Shown in pieces: positions 19,953 through 29,483 of a stretch of 64,000 nt of DNA. The stretch comes from Candidatus Eiseniibacteriota bacterium (GTDB lineage Bacteria; Eisenbacteria; RBG-16-71-46; JABDJR01). The position numbers and the translations under genes are program-made. Under the pieces are notes generated by a model. It was not told the origin of the DNA. It worked only from the letters and a program-made list of their open reading frames with translations, and ran no database searches. Position 1 is the stretch's first letter, and every line of letters starts with the position of its first letter. The stretch is from positions 800,001 through 864,000 of the forward strand of contig CAVXKA010000001.1 of assembly GCA_963762255.1 (NCBI GenBank). The letters run 5' to 3'.

Positions 19953-22772
19953 CTAAGGGCCGAGCAGTTCGACTCTAGCGAGGTGGATGGGCTCGAAGAC
20001 CGGAGCAGTCTCCTGCCCCGATGCCCCGGTCGTCTCTCCTTGTAGCACCGCTGCCGCAACCTCATCCGGCCGCGCGTGCGCCGGCGCGTTGAGCAGCGTG
20101 CGCACCATGAGATAGCGTGCGCCGGGGCGCAGGAAGCCGAGGGCCGCAAGTCCCTCCGGCTCTTCGATCCAGCGCACGTCGAGGACCGCGGGTCGGATAT
20201 TCACCCGACGCGGCTCCCCCTTACGCGTCGTATCCCAGAGCACTTCATCGCGAACCAAGAAGCGCTGCGGGGCGGCGTCCAGGTCCGGCACCCCGGGACG
20301 CACGTGCTCCGGCTCCACCCGCACCACGTACTCGGCGGCATGGATCACCCGGGTGAGCTTCTTGGCGCCGGGTTCGAGGCGCGTGACCGCCGTGAACGAG
20401 AGCCCGTCGGGCACCACCGCGTTCAAACGCGCCATGAGATCCTCGGCTTCGAGGCGATCGACCAGTGCGATGTCCACCAGCTCGCCGGCGCTCACAACGC
20501 CCAACGGCAACGGCGGAGGAAACTCCATCACCGGTTTGGGGTGGAAGCCCTCGCTGTAGTAGGAGTTCAAGCCGGCGCGACGCAGAACGCGAGGCAGGGC
20601 CCGCACGAAATCGAGGTGCCCTGTCAGCGCGGTCACGCCGCTCACCGTAAAGCGTAGGCGATAGCGCACCGCATCGCCTTGGGCGAAGGTGCGGGGACGT
20701 GCGCCGTTCTTCTGGGCGTCGAACCGAGGCCGCGGCGCAGGCACGGGCGCGACGGGCGCAACGCCGGCGTCCGGGCCCGCGGGCAGCTCCGCCGCCTCCC
20801 CCGGCACAGCTTCGGCCGACGCGCGCCGCAGCGGCTCCAGCGCCCCCAGGCGCTCCAGGAACTCTCCGCGCTCCTCGCGCATCTGGGTGAGATCGCAGGC
20901 TACTCCGCAGTGATAACAGACGAGCGTGCGCGCGTCGGCCTCGTGCTCGGCCAGGTTCGAGTGGTGAACCTGCGCGCCGGCCGGCTTCCCGCACGGAGGC
21001 GAAAGCTTGAACTTCATCGCCCGCTTGTACTCGGTCTCCAGGAACTTCGGCTCGAGCTTCATGTCGAGGTGGTCCCATGGCGTGCGCCCATCCACCGGCA
21101 ACGTACCCAGGAAGAGCTGCACCGGGATCTCGGGGTGGCGACGCAATGCGTCCGTCCACATCGCCCACCGCAGGTGGTCGTCCCACGAATCGAACCGCGC
21201 GCCGGCGCGCCAGACATCTTCCAGCACATCCGCCATGCGCCGATCGCCGCGGCCGAGCACGCATTCGAGAAACGTCGTGCGCGGATCGTGGCGGCGGAAC
21301 TCCAGCCGCCACCGCCTCGCCATGTCCCGCAGCCCGTCCTGCTTGCGCTCGATCTCGTCGAGCGAGTCCATCGCGCACCACTGGAACGGCGTGTGCGGCT
21401 TGGGCACGTGCGAAGAGACGGCCACCGTCACGCCGACCGCCCCCGCCTTGTGGTACTCCATGCCGATCTGACGCATGCGCCGGCCTGTCTCCATGATGCC
21501 GGCCACATCCTCGTCGGTCTCGGTGGGGAGCCCGATCATGAAATAGAGCTTCATGCGCCGCCAGCCGCGGCTGAACACGCGATGCGCGGTGCGGGCGAGA
21601 TCCTCCTCCGAAATGTTCTTGTTGATCACGTCGCGCATGCGTTGCGTACCGGCTTCGGGAGCGAAGGTGAGGCCGGTGGCGCGAACGGTGTTGATCTCGT
21701 CGAGGAGATCCTCGTCGAGGCCGTACGCTCGCAGGGACGCCACGGAGAGCGAGACCTTCTCCGGGCGTAGCCGCTCCATCACGCGCTTGATGAGGGGTGA
21801 GATACACGAGTAGTCGGCGGTGGAGAGCGTGGTGAGGCCGACCTCGTCGTAGCCCCCCTTCTCCACCGCGGAGACGATGGTGTCGACGATCTCCTGCGGA
21901 TCGCGCTCGCGCACCGGGCGATAGATCATGCCCGCCTGGCAGAAGCGACAACCTTCCGTGCAGCCGCGCGCGATCTCGATGGCCATACGGTCGAAGATGG
22001 CTTCCGCAGCGGCGACGGGGGCGTCGTCGGGGAAGGGATAGCGATTCAAGTCCTCGACGATCTGGCGTACCGGGCGCGCGGGTACCCGTGGATCGACCGG
22101 CGCTCCCACCACCAGATAACCCGTGCGGTCGTCGATCGCGGTGTCGTAGAGCGCGGGGCAGTAGAAGCCGCCGAGCTTGGCGATCTCGATGAGGGTGTCG
22201 CGCCTCGTGGCGCCCGCCGCCTTCAGGTCGGCCACGCGGAGCAACACCTCGGGGAGCTTCTCCTCCGCGTCGCCGATCAAGAAGGCGTCGATGAAGGGGG
22301 CCATCGGCTCGGGCTGCGTGGCGACGGGGCCGCCGGCGATGACGAGCGGGTGCGACGCGTCGCGGTCGGCGGCTCGGAAGGGGATGCCCGAGAGGTCGAG
22401 CATGGTGAGGACGTTGGTGAAGGTGAGTTCGTACTGGAGCGAGAACCCCACCACGTCGAAGTCGCGCAACGGCGAGGCCGTCTCCAGAGTGAGCAGCGGG
22501 AGACCGCGCTCGCGCAGCTCCTTCTCCATGTCCACCCACGGACAGAACACGCGCTCGGCGGCGATGTCGACATGGCGGTTCAAGAGTGTGTAGAGGATCT
22601 TGGTGCCGAGGTGGCTCATCCCGATGTCGTAAACGTCGGGGAAGGCCAGCGCCATGCGCACCCGGGTCGTGCCGGCGGCCTTCACGACCTGGTTGTACTC
22701 CCCCCCGACGTACCGGGCGGGCTTCATAACCCGGTGCAGGAAGGAAGAGTAGGGGTGTTGGGCGAGGTTCAA
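19953..22772 (-). CDS. B12-binding radical SAM protein (TIGR03960) fused to TIGR03936/DUF2344 domain
   Basis: KPARYVGGEYN, AFPDVYDIGMSHLG, RGCTEGCRFC. C-terminal GHLDF...YSEGFHPKP. TTG start with AGGAG RBS. Confidence 0.9.
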   Translation of the reverse strand: MNLAQHPYSSFLHRVMKPARYVGGEYNQVVKAAGTTRVRMALAFPDVYDIGMSHLGTKILYTLLNRHVDIAAERVFCPWVDMEKELRERGLPLLTLETASPLRDFDVVGFSLQYELTFTNVLTMLDLSGIPFRAADRDASHPLVIAGGPVATQPEPMAPFIDAFLIGDAEEKLPEVLLRVADLKAAGATRRDTLIEIAKLGGFYCPALYDTAIDDRTGYLVVGAPVDPRVPARPVRQIVEDLNRYPFPDDAPVAAAEAIFDRMAIEIARGCTEGCRFCQAGMIYRPVRERDPQEIVDTIVSAVEKGGYDEVGLTTLSTADYSCISPLIKRVMERLRPEKVSLSVASLRAYGLDEDLLDEINTVRATGLTFAPEAGTQRMRDVINKNISEEDLARTAHRVFSRGWRRMKLYFMIGLPTETDEDVAGIMETGRRMRQIGMEYHKAGAVGVTVAVSSHVPKPHTPFQWCAMDSLDEIERKQDGLRDMARRWRLEFRRHDPRTTFLECVLGRGDRRMADVLEDVWRAGARFDSWDDHLRWAMWTDALRRHPEIPVQLFLGTLPVDGRTPWDHLDMKLEPKFLETEYKRAMKFKLSPPCGKPAGAQVHHSNLAEHEADARTLVCYHCGVACDLTQMREERGEFLERLGALEPLRRASAEAVPGEAAELPAGPDAGVAPVAPVPAPRPRFDAQKNGARPRTFAQGDAVRYRLRFTVSGVTALTGHLDFVRALPRVLRRAGLNSYYSEGFHPKPVMEFPPPLPLGVVSAGELVDIALVDRLEAEDLMARLNAVVPDGLSFTAVTRLEPGAKKLTRVIHAAEYVVRVEPEHVRPGVPDLDAAPQRFLVRDEVLWDTTRKGEPRRVNIRPAVLDVRWIEEPEGLAALGFLRPGARYLMVRTLLNAPAHARPDEVAAAVLQGETTGASGQETAPVFEPIHLARVELLGP

Positions 22773-22935
22773 GGGATGCTCCTGTGGGCGTGCGTGCGAG
22801 ACCCCGGGGGCGAGGTGGGAGAAGAGGATAGCAGAGACCGGAGGGCGGACCTTGGGTGCACACGCGGAGGCAGAAGAAGTAGGATGACCCGATGCCGCGC
22901 GTTCACAGACCGTTCGCCAGCCGAGAAAGCAGGGT

Positions 22936-24747
22936 TTGCCCGTGAGCGATGCCGCGCCTGGATTCGGAGCCCAGATCAAGAGTTACCCCAAGGCGTTCTG
23001 GGTGGCCAACACCATGGAGATTTTCGAGCGGATGTCCTGGTATGGCTGGTTCACGGTCATGGCCGTCTACGTGACCGGGAGCGTGGCCACCGGCGGTCTC
23101 GGTTTTTCGACCGAGCTTCGTGGCACGCTGCAGGCGATCATCCCCTTCTTCCTCTACCTCCTGCCGGTCCTCACCGGGGCGTTGGCCGATCGGTATGGCT
23201 TCAAGCGGATGTTCGTCATCGCGTTCCTGATCATGATCGTCTCGTATTACCTGCTTGGCCGGTTCCACTCCCTTCCGGGTTTCGTCATGGCGTTCACCTT
23301 CGTGGCCATTGGTGCCGCCATCTTCAAACCGGTGGTGGTGGGCACGGTGGCCCGAGTGACCAACGAGGGGAACTCCGCCACCGCGTTCGGCATCTTCTAC
23401 ATGATGGTCAACATCGGCGGGTTCCTGGGACCGATCGTGGCCGGACTCGTTCGCGGCTGGGGATGGCAGTATGTCTTCGTCGCTTGCAGCGGCTGGGCGC
23501 TCGTCAACCTGGTTCTCGTGCTGGTCTTCTACAAGGAGCCTCCGTCCACGAACGACAAGCGGACCCTCCGGGCCGTCCTCGACGGCCTGGTCGAGGTTCT
23601 GGGAAATATCCGGTTCTTCATCACGGTGGGTGTGGTTCTCGTCGGGTTGGTCCTGGCCAGCGTGTTCGCCAGCCTGGGTTTCCCCTGGTTCTCCTGGGGC
23701 TGGGCGTGGATCGTGCTCCTGATCTGGGTGGTGGCGAACGTCGTGTACGACCGGCTCCTCCCCTCCGGAAGCGGGCGCCCGGACTGGAGCGGTCCCAAGC
23801 GGAATCCGCTGGCGCGGAGGATGCATTGCAGCAACTGGCGTTTCGCGCTCTTCCTCTTGATCATGTCCGGCTTCTGGACGAGCTTCAATCAGATCTTCTA
23901 CACCATGCCCGAGTACATCCGCGACTTCACCGAGACGCGGCCCGCGATCACCTTTGCCGAGAAGCTCTTTGGTGAGAGCGACCCGATCGACCGGAAGGCG
24001 GGAATCGCCAGCAAGATGGCTACCATCAACGACGCCGAGTACGGAGAGGTCGTTCGCGTTGTCGGGGAACTCGCGGCGGGGCCGATGGCGCAGACGGATC
24101 TGGAGACCACCTCCAGAGCGCTTCTCCTGAGCAAGGTGCGCCTGTCCCCCGAGAGGATCCGGGCGATCCTCGATCGGGAGGGAGGAGACCCGGCGAAGGC
24201 GGCCAACCAGATGGTCATCCAGGGCCGGCAAGTGAATCCCGAGTTCATCGTCAACATCGATGCCCTGGGCATCGTTCTGTTCCAGGTCCTCGTGTCATAT
24301 CTGATGGCCAAGTTCCATCGCTTTACCACCATGATCGTGGGGATGCTGGTGGCCGCGGTGGGGATCGGCTTTGCGGCGATGGCGGGAGGGCACGGAATGA
24401 CCGGTCTCGGCGGACTCGTGTGGATCGTGGCCGGAGGGATCTTCATCTTCGCGATCGGTGAGATGATGGCGAGCCCCACTAGCCAGGAGTACGTGGGCCG
24501 GATCGCCCCCTCCAACCGCAAGGCCCTCTACATGGGCTACTACTTCGTGGCCATCGCCCTCGGAAACCTGTTCGGCGGAATCCTGTCGGGACAGCTCTAC
24601 GGCAAGCTGGCTCGCGACATGCAGCGGCCCGATCTGATGTGGCTTGCCTTCGGGGCCATTATGCTGTTCACGGCGGTCGTGTTCATGCTCTACAACCGGT
24701 TCGCTTTGCCGAAGTCGCAATCGGGCACGTTGACGCCGGGGACGTAG
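22936..24747 (+). CDS. POT/PTR-like peptide MFS transporter with central insertion
   Basis: EIFERMSWYG, GALADRYG, IFKP, FGIFYMMVNIGGFLGP, GEMMASP. Confidence 0.85.
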   Translation: MPVSDAAPGFGAQIKSYPKAFWVANTMEIFERMSWYGWFTVMAVYVTGSVATGGLGFSTELRGTLQAIIPFFLYLLPVLTGALADRYGFKRMFVIAFLIMIVSYYLLGRFHSLPGFVMAFTFVAIGAAIFKPVVVGTVARVTNEGNSATAFGIFYMMVNIGGFLGPIVAGLVRGWGWQYVFVACSGWALVNLVLVLVFYKEPPSTNDKRTLRAVLDGLVEVLGNIRFFITVGVVLVGLVLASVFASLGFPWFSWGWAWIVLLIWVVANVVYDRLLPSGSGRPDWSGPKRNPLARRMHCSNWRFALFLLIMSGFWTSFNQIFYTMPEYIRDFTETRPAITFAEKLFGESDPIDRKAGIASKMATINDAEYGEVVRVVGELAAGPMAQTDLETTSRALLLSKVRLSPERIRAILDREGGDPAKAANQMVIQGRQVNPEFIVNIDALGIVLFQVLVSYLMAKFHRFTTMIVGMLVAAVGIGFAAMAGGHGMTGLGGLVWIVAGGIFIFAIGEMMASPTSQEYVGRIAPSNRKALYMGYYFVAIALGNLFGGILSGQLYGKLARDMQRPDLMWLAFGAIMLFTAVVFMLYNRFALPKSQSGTLTPGT

Positions 24748-24749
24748 CA

Positions 24750-26438
24750 TTGCCATTGAGCATCAGGTCGTTGGCTCGAACGCTGGGACCGCTCCTTGTC
24801 GCCTTTGCCCTCATGCTCTGGCTTGGCGGGTGGTTTCTGCAGCAGAGCGTTCTGGCCAACTCCGGACGGCTGGTCTACGCCCTCGACGATGCCTACATCC
24901 ACTTGGCCATGGCCAAGAACATCGCGCTGTACGGTACGTGGGGCATCACTCCCCACGAGTTCTCGTCCAGCACGTCCTCGCCTCTCTTCACGCTGGTGCT
25001 CGGTGTTCTCGCACGGTTCGTCGGTCGGATTGAACTGCTGCCGCTGATCCTGAACGGGTTGTTCGCCTCGGCAATCCTGGTTGTCTTCGCCCGCCGGTGG
25101 GCCCCCGTGGGTGGTGGGGCGGCAACGATCCTAGCCGGTCTTCTGCTGCTTCTGTTCTTGACTCCTCTCGTTCCGCTCGCCTTGACGGGCATGGAGCACA
25201 CGCTTCACATACTGCTCTCCCTCCTGTTCTTGGGCGGCTTGTGGGACGTCCTAGACCACCGCCGGCCCGATCGATCCAGCCTTGTCGTCCTGTTCGGAAG
25301 CGCGGCTCTGCTCCCTCCGACCAGGTATGAGGGACTGTTCCTGGTATTCATGGCCTGCCTGGTCCTGCTCCTGCGCGGGAGGTGGAAGCTTTCGTTGGGT
25401 TTGGGCGCGTGCGCTTGGCTGCTCATCGTCCCGTATGGAATCTGGAGCAGGGTTCATGGGTGGTTCTTCCTTCCCAACTCGCTGCTGATCAAGGGAGAAC
25501 TGCCCTCCTTGAACAGTTGGTGGGGTTGGTTGATGGCATTGGGAGGGCGAAGCCTTCTCGTCGTCTCGGCGCAGCCGCACCTCCTGGCTCTGCTCGCCGC
25601 CTCGCTGCTCCTATTGATTTGGAGGAACCAGGGGTTATCCGCGGGCCGAGAAGGGATCGGGGACAACCCGGCCCGTCAGTCGATGTTGATCGTCTTCGCC
25701 GGCACCGTCCTCCTGCACACGCAATTCGCCAAGGTGGGAGCGTTCTATCGGTATGAAGCCTACCTCGTGGCGATGGGCATTTTCGTGCTCGGTCTGGCCA
25801 TCCTTCCGACGCTCAGGAGATCGACGCGGTCTCGATGGCAATGCGCAGGTCTGGCGCTGCTGATCCTCCTCGGGCTGACCCCGATGATGGTGCGAGGCGC
25901 AGCGGCGATGCGCGACACGGTAACCGCAACGCATAACATCTACGAGCAGCAGTACCAGATGGGCCTGTTCGTAGAACGGTTCTTCGACGGCGAGGCGGTC
26001 ATCGTCAACGACATCGGAGCGGTTGCCTTTCTGTCTGAGCCCCGCGTGCTGGATCTGGTCGGTCTGGGCAGCATCAAGGTTGCCCGGGCTCGGCTGGACA
26101 AGACGTTTACCGTGGAGTTCATCGCCGATATGGCGCGGCAAGAACATGCTCAGGTGGCCATCCTCTACCCCAACTGGTTCCCGGATTTGCCCCGCGATTG
26201 GGTGGAAGTGGCCCGCTGGTGGACTCCCGGATGCATTGCGTGCGGGGGCGAGGTGGTGGCGTTCTACGCATTGGATCGGGAGGGGGCGTACCGTCTCATT
26301 GATGGGTTGGTGCAGTTCGAGTCGGAGCTTCCTTCCGGGGTCCGGCGCTGGTTCTCCGCCAGTCTGCCTCCGGAGTTTACAGAGCGGATTCCCCCCCGCG
26401 CTCTTGAGAGCGAGGGCGGCCCCGACGGGGGCAAGTAG
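24750..26438 (+). CDS. GT-C-type multi-pass membrane glycosyltransferase-like protein
   Basis: DDAYIH after TM1, SSTSSPLF, TGMEH, TRYEG, PNS, DIGAVAF and LDLVGL. Start approximate. Confidence 0.75.
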   Translation: MPLSIRSLARTLGPLLVAFALMLWLGGWFLQQSVLANSGRLVYALDDAYIHLAMAKNIALYGTWGITPHEFSSSTSSPLFTLVLGVLARFVGRIELLPLILNGLFASAILVVFARRWAPVGGGAATILAGLLLLLFLTPLVPLALTGMEHTLHILLSLLFLGGLWDVLDHRRPDRSSLVVLFGSAALLPPTRYEGLFLVFMACLVLLLRGRWKLSLGLGACAWLLIVPYGIWSRVHGWFFLPNSLLIKGELPSLNSWWGWLMALGGRSLLVVSAQPHLLALLAASLLLLIWRNQGLSAGREGIGDNPARQSMLIVFAGTVLLHTQFAKVGAFYRYEAYLVAMGIFVLGLAILPTLRRSTRSRWQCAGLALLILLGLTPMMVRGAAAMRDTVTATHNIYEQQYQMGLFVERFFDGEAVIVNDIGAVAFLSEPRVLDLVGLGSIKVARARLDKTFTVEFIADMARQEHAQVAILYPNWFPDLPRDWVEVARWWTPGCIACGGEVVAFYALDREGAYRLIDGLVQFESELPSGVRRWFSASLPPEFTERIPPRALESEGGPDGGK

Positions 26439-26439
26439 G

Positions 26440-28062
26440 TTGATTACCGTGCGCACGCGTGTCTATACCCTCATGGGGTGGGCGCTGCTGATCCCGATCG
26501 TCTATCTGGGGCCGGTATCCCTCGCTCGCTACGCCCCCGGCGCACCGCTTATCGTGGGGATATTCTCCGTGCTCGCGCTCGGGGCGGTCGGGGTCTACGC
26601 GAGGACGAACCTCATGGACCGGGTAGCGGGAAGACTCGGCGGAGCGGCCCCGATTCTGCTGGGGTTCACCGTAGCGCTCTATACCGCGGTCTCCGTGTAC
26701 TTGGCTCATGGCCGCCTCGTCGAGTTCAGTCCGCACCTGAGTCAGTTGGGCATCTTCGCGCAGTCGGCGTGGACGACGCTTCACGGCCATTTCTTCGCCA
26801 ACACCCACGAGACGGTGGACGGTTCGTTGGGGGGGCACTTCGGCATACACTTCTCTCCTACCTTGCTTCTCTTGGTGCCCCTCTATGCCGTCTGGCCGTC
26901 ACCACTCTCGCTGATGGTTGCACAGGCCCTCGCCCTGGCCCTGGCTGTGTTGCCGCTGTACTTGCTCCTGCGTCCGCACGCAGGGTCCCTGGGGGGATCG
27001 CTGCTGGCCGCCGGACTGTTGGGTCTGCCGGTCATGGCTCGGGCCGGCCACAACGACTTCCACGACGCGACCTTTCTGCCCGTCTTGCTCCTGACCGCGG
27101 TTTGGGCTCTGGAGACCGGAAGGAGGAAGGCCTTTCTCCTGGCCGCCGTCGCTGCCCTCGGGGTGCGGGAGGACACAGGCCTGACCCTGGCGGCACTGGG
27201 CCTGTACGCCGGAGTCCGAAGGCTGGGCTGGGGACACGCCATCCGGATCGCCGCCCTGGGTCTGGTGTGGTTCCTGGTGGTGGTGCGGGTGGTCATGCCG
27301 CGGTTCTGGTCGCCCGGACTCTGGATGGACGCGCAGACATTCCTGGGATACCACTTCGGGAAGTGGGGGGATGCCCCGATCGACGTCACCGTCGCCATGC
27401 TCACGCACCCCGTGGAGCTGATTCGCCAAGCCATGGCTCGTGACCGGCTGCACTATGTCTACGGCCTTCTCCAGCCCATGCTGCTTCTTCCAGTCCTGGG
27501 AAGCCCGGCTTGGATTGTTGGGATTCCGGCGTTGGCAGTGAACGTCCTCTCCAACCACCAGTGGATGCGACAGGGCCTGAAGTACTACTCGATCATCCCC
27601 ATTCTCTTTGCCTACTTGGCGACGGCTAGAACGGCAGCCAAGCTGGCTCGATGCCCGACGGAGCTTCCCAGGCCGGCTAACGGTTTGGTGGTAGGGCTGG
27701 TAGTGATCGCGGGCCTTCTCCCCGCCCTGTTTCTCAATAGCCCCCCGGTGCCTCGACCCTCACCGCCTGCGGCGCCCACGCGGGCCGTATTGGAACGCAT
27801 TCCGCCGGATGTCGGCGTGTACGCTCCCATCGGGATGTATCCGCACTTGGTCAACCGCGAGTACGCCGCCTGTTGGGAGAGTCTGGGAAGACGGATTCAG
27901 GAACCCGGCATCCTCGGGCGCTACGATTGGATCGTGCTCTGGCCGGACGGCGATCCGCCGGATGAGTCGCGGGACGCCTGGGTGGCCGAGTGGATGGCTG
28001 GAGAACCGGAGTTCCAACGGGTGGACGGGTTCTCGCCGTTCTTGGTCTACACGCGGCGGTGA
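26440..28062 (+). CDS. DUF2079 membrane protein (GT-C-like)
   Basis: LGIFAQSAW, HFGIHFSPTL, NDFH and VRED motifs. Start approximate. Confidence 0.78.
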   Translation: MITVRTRVYTLMGWALLIPIVYLGPVSLARYAPGAPLIVGIFSVLALGAVGVYARTNLMDRVAGRLGGAAPILLGFTVALYTAVSVYLAHGRLVEFSPHLSQLGIFAQSAWTTLHGHFFANTHETVDGSLGGHFGIHFSPTLLLLVPLYAVWPSPLSLMVAQALALALAVLPLYLLLRPHAGSLGGSLLAAGLLGLPVMARAGHNDFHDATFLPVLLLTAVWALETGRRKAFLLAAVAALGVREDTGLTLAALGLYAGVRRLGWGHAIRIAALGLVWFLVVVRVVMPRFWSPGLWMDAQTFLGYHFGKWGDAPIDVTVAMLTHPVELIRQAMARDRLHYVYGLLQPMLLLPVLGSPAWIVGIPALAVNVLSNHQWMRQGLKYYSIIPILFAYLATARTAAKLARCPTELPRPANGLVVGLVVIAGLLPALFLNSPPVPRPSPPAAPTRAVLERIPPDVGVYAPIGMYPHLVNREYAACWESLGRRIQEPGILGRYDWIVLWPDGDPPDESRDAWVAEWMAGEPEFQRVDGFSPFLVYTRR

Positions 28063-28164
28063 CCCGACCCCGTGCGCGAACGCTCGGCAAGTCGTCGATC
28101 ACGTTGACGCCGGAGACGCCCGCGTAAGTGGGTCAAAGCCGGGGAGGCCTGCTACGATTCGTGC

Positions 28165-29439
28165 ATGCTGCCACATGTGGTCATCGTCGGGGCCGGTTTC
28201 GGGGGACTGGAGGTGGCGCGCGGGCTCGGCGGCGCCCGCGTGCGCGTCACGGTGCTGGATCGCAGTAACCACCATCTGTTTCAGCCGCTTCTATACCAGG
28301 TGGCAACAGCGGGTCTCTCCCCGGGCGATATCGCATCACCCATCAGGCGCGTGCTTGCCCGGTATGAGAACACGCAGGTGCTGCTGGCAGACGTACAGCG
28401 GGTCGATGTCGCGCATCGCGTGGCGGTGCTGGCCGAGCAGAGAATTCCCTATGACTACCTCGTGCTCGCAACCGGTTCCTCGCATGCGTACTTCGGTCAT
28501 CCGGAGTGGAGTCGCTCGGCACCAGGGCTGAAGACCCTCGATGACGCACTGGACATCCGCCGACGGGTGTTGACTGCTTTCGAGGACGCGGAGCGGCAAC
28601 CGGATGAGGATGAGCGGCAGCGGCTCCTGACGTTCGTGATCGTCGGAGGCGGGCCGACCGGCGTGGAGCTGGCGGGCGCGCTCGCCGAGATCGCGCACCA
28701 CACCCTTGCCCACGAGTTCCGACGGATCGACCCCGCGAGCGCAAAGATCATTCTGGTCGAAGGCGGCCCAACGATCCTATCCGCGTATCCCGAGTCCCTG
28801 CGCACCGCAGCGCGTCGTTCGCTGCGCCGGTTGGGTGTTGAGGTGCGTGAGGGCGCGGTCGTGACCGGCATCGAGTCCGGACTTGTCCGCATGAAGGAGG
28901 AGACGCTGCGGGTCGGCACCGTGCTCTGGGCGGCTGGAGTCGCGGCGTCGTCACTTGGCGCGTCGCTCGGAGTGCCGCTCGATAGGGCGGGCCGCGTTGT
29001 GGTGGAACCGGAGCTCAGCATCCCTGGGTACCCGGAGGTCTTCGTCATCGGCGATCTCGCGTCGTTCACACATGGCGGGGATCAGCCCTTGCCCGGGGTG
29101 GCACCGGTCGCGCAGCAGCAGGGCAGACACGCGGCAGAGAACATCCGGAGCATTGTGCGCGGGGAATCCCCCGAACCGTTCCAATACAAGAACTGGGGAA
29201 ACCTGGCGACGATCGGCCGAGGCTCGGCGATTGCAGACTTCGGGCGCTTACGGCTGTCGGGATATATCGCCTGGCTCGCTTGGCTCTTCATCCACGTCAT
29301 GCGCCTTGTGGGGTTCCGCAACCGCGCGGCCGTGTTCTTCGAGTGGGCCTGGGCGTACGTCACCTACCAGCGGAGCGTTCGGCTCATTACTGCGGCGGGA
29401 GACGAGGCGAGCGGGCAGAATCGCCGAGCGCCCGGGTGA
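28165..29439 (+). CDS. ndh: Type II NADH dehydrogenase
   Basis: VIVGAGFGG, HHLFQPLLYQVATA, VGGGPTGVELAG, WAAGV, IGD, LATIGR. Confidence 0.93.
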   Translation: MLPHVVIVGAGFGGLEVARGLGGARVRVTVLDRSNHHLFQPLLYQVATAGLSPGDIASPIRRVLARYENTQVLLADVQRVDVAHRVAVLAEQRIPYDYLVLATGSSHAYFGHPEWSRSAPGLKTLDDALDIRRRVLTAFEDAERQPDEDERQRLLTFVIVGGGPTGVELAGALAEIAHHTLAHEFRRIDPASAKIILVEGGPTILSAYPESLRTAARRSLRRLGVEVREGAVVTGIESGLVRMKEETLRVGTVLWAAGVAASSLGASLGVPLDRAGRVVVEPELSIPGYPEVFVIGDLASFTHGGDQPLPGVAPVAQQQGRHAAENIRSIVRGESPEPFQYKNWGNLATIGRGSAIADFGRLRLSGYIAWLAWLFIHVMRLVGFRNRAAVFFEWAWAYVTYQRSVRLITAAGDEASGQNRRAPG

Positions 29440-29483
29440 GTCCCCGCGGGCTCGCCCCATGGAACTTCGTCGGCCATCGGGGG

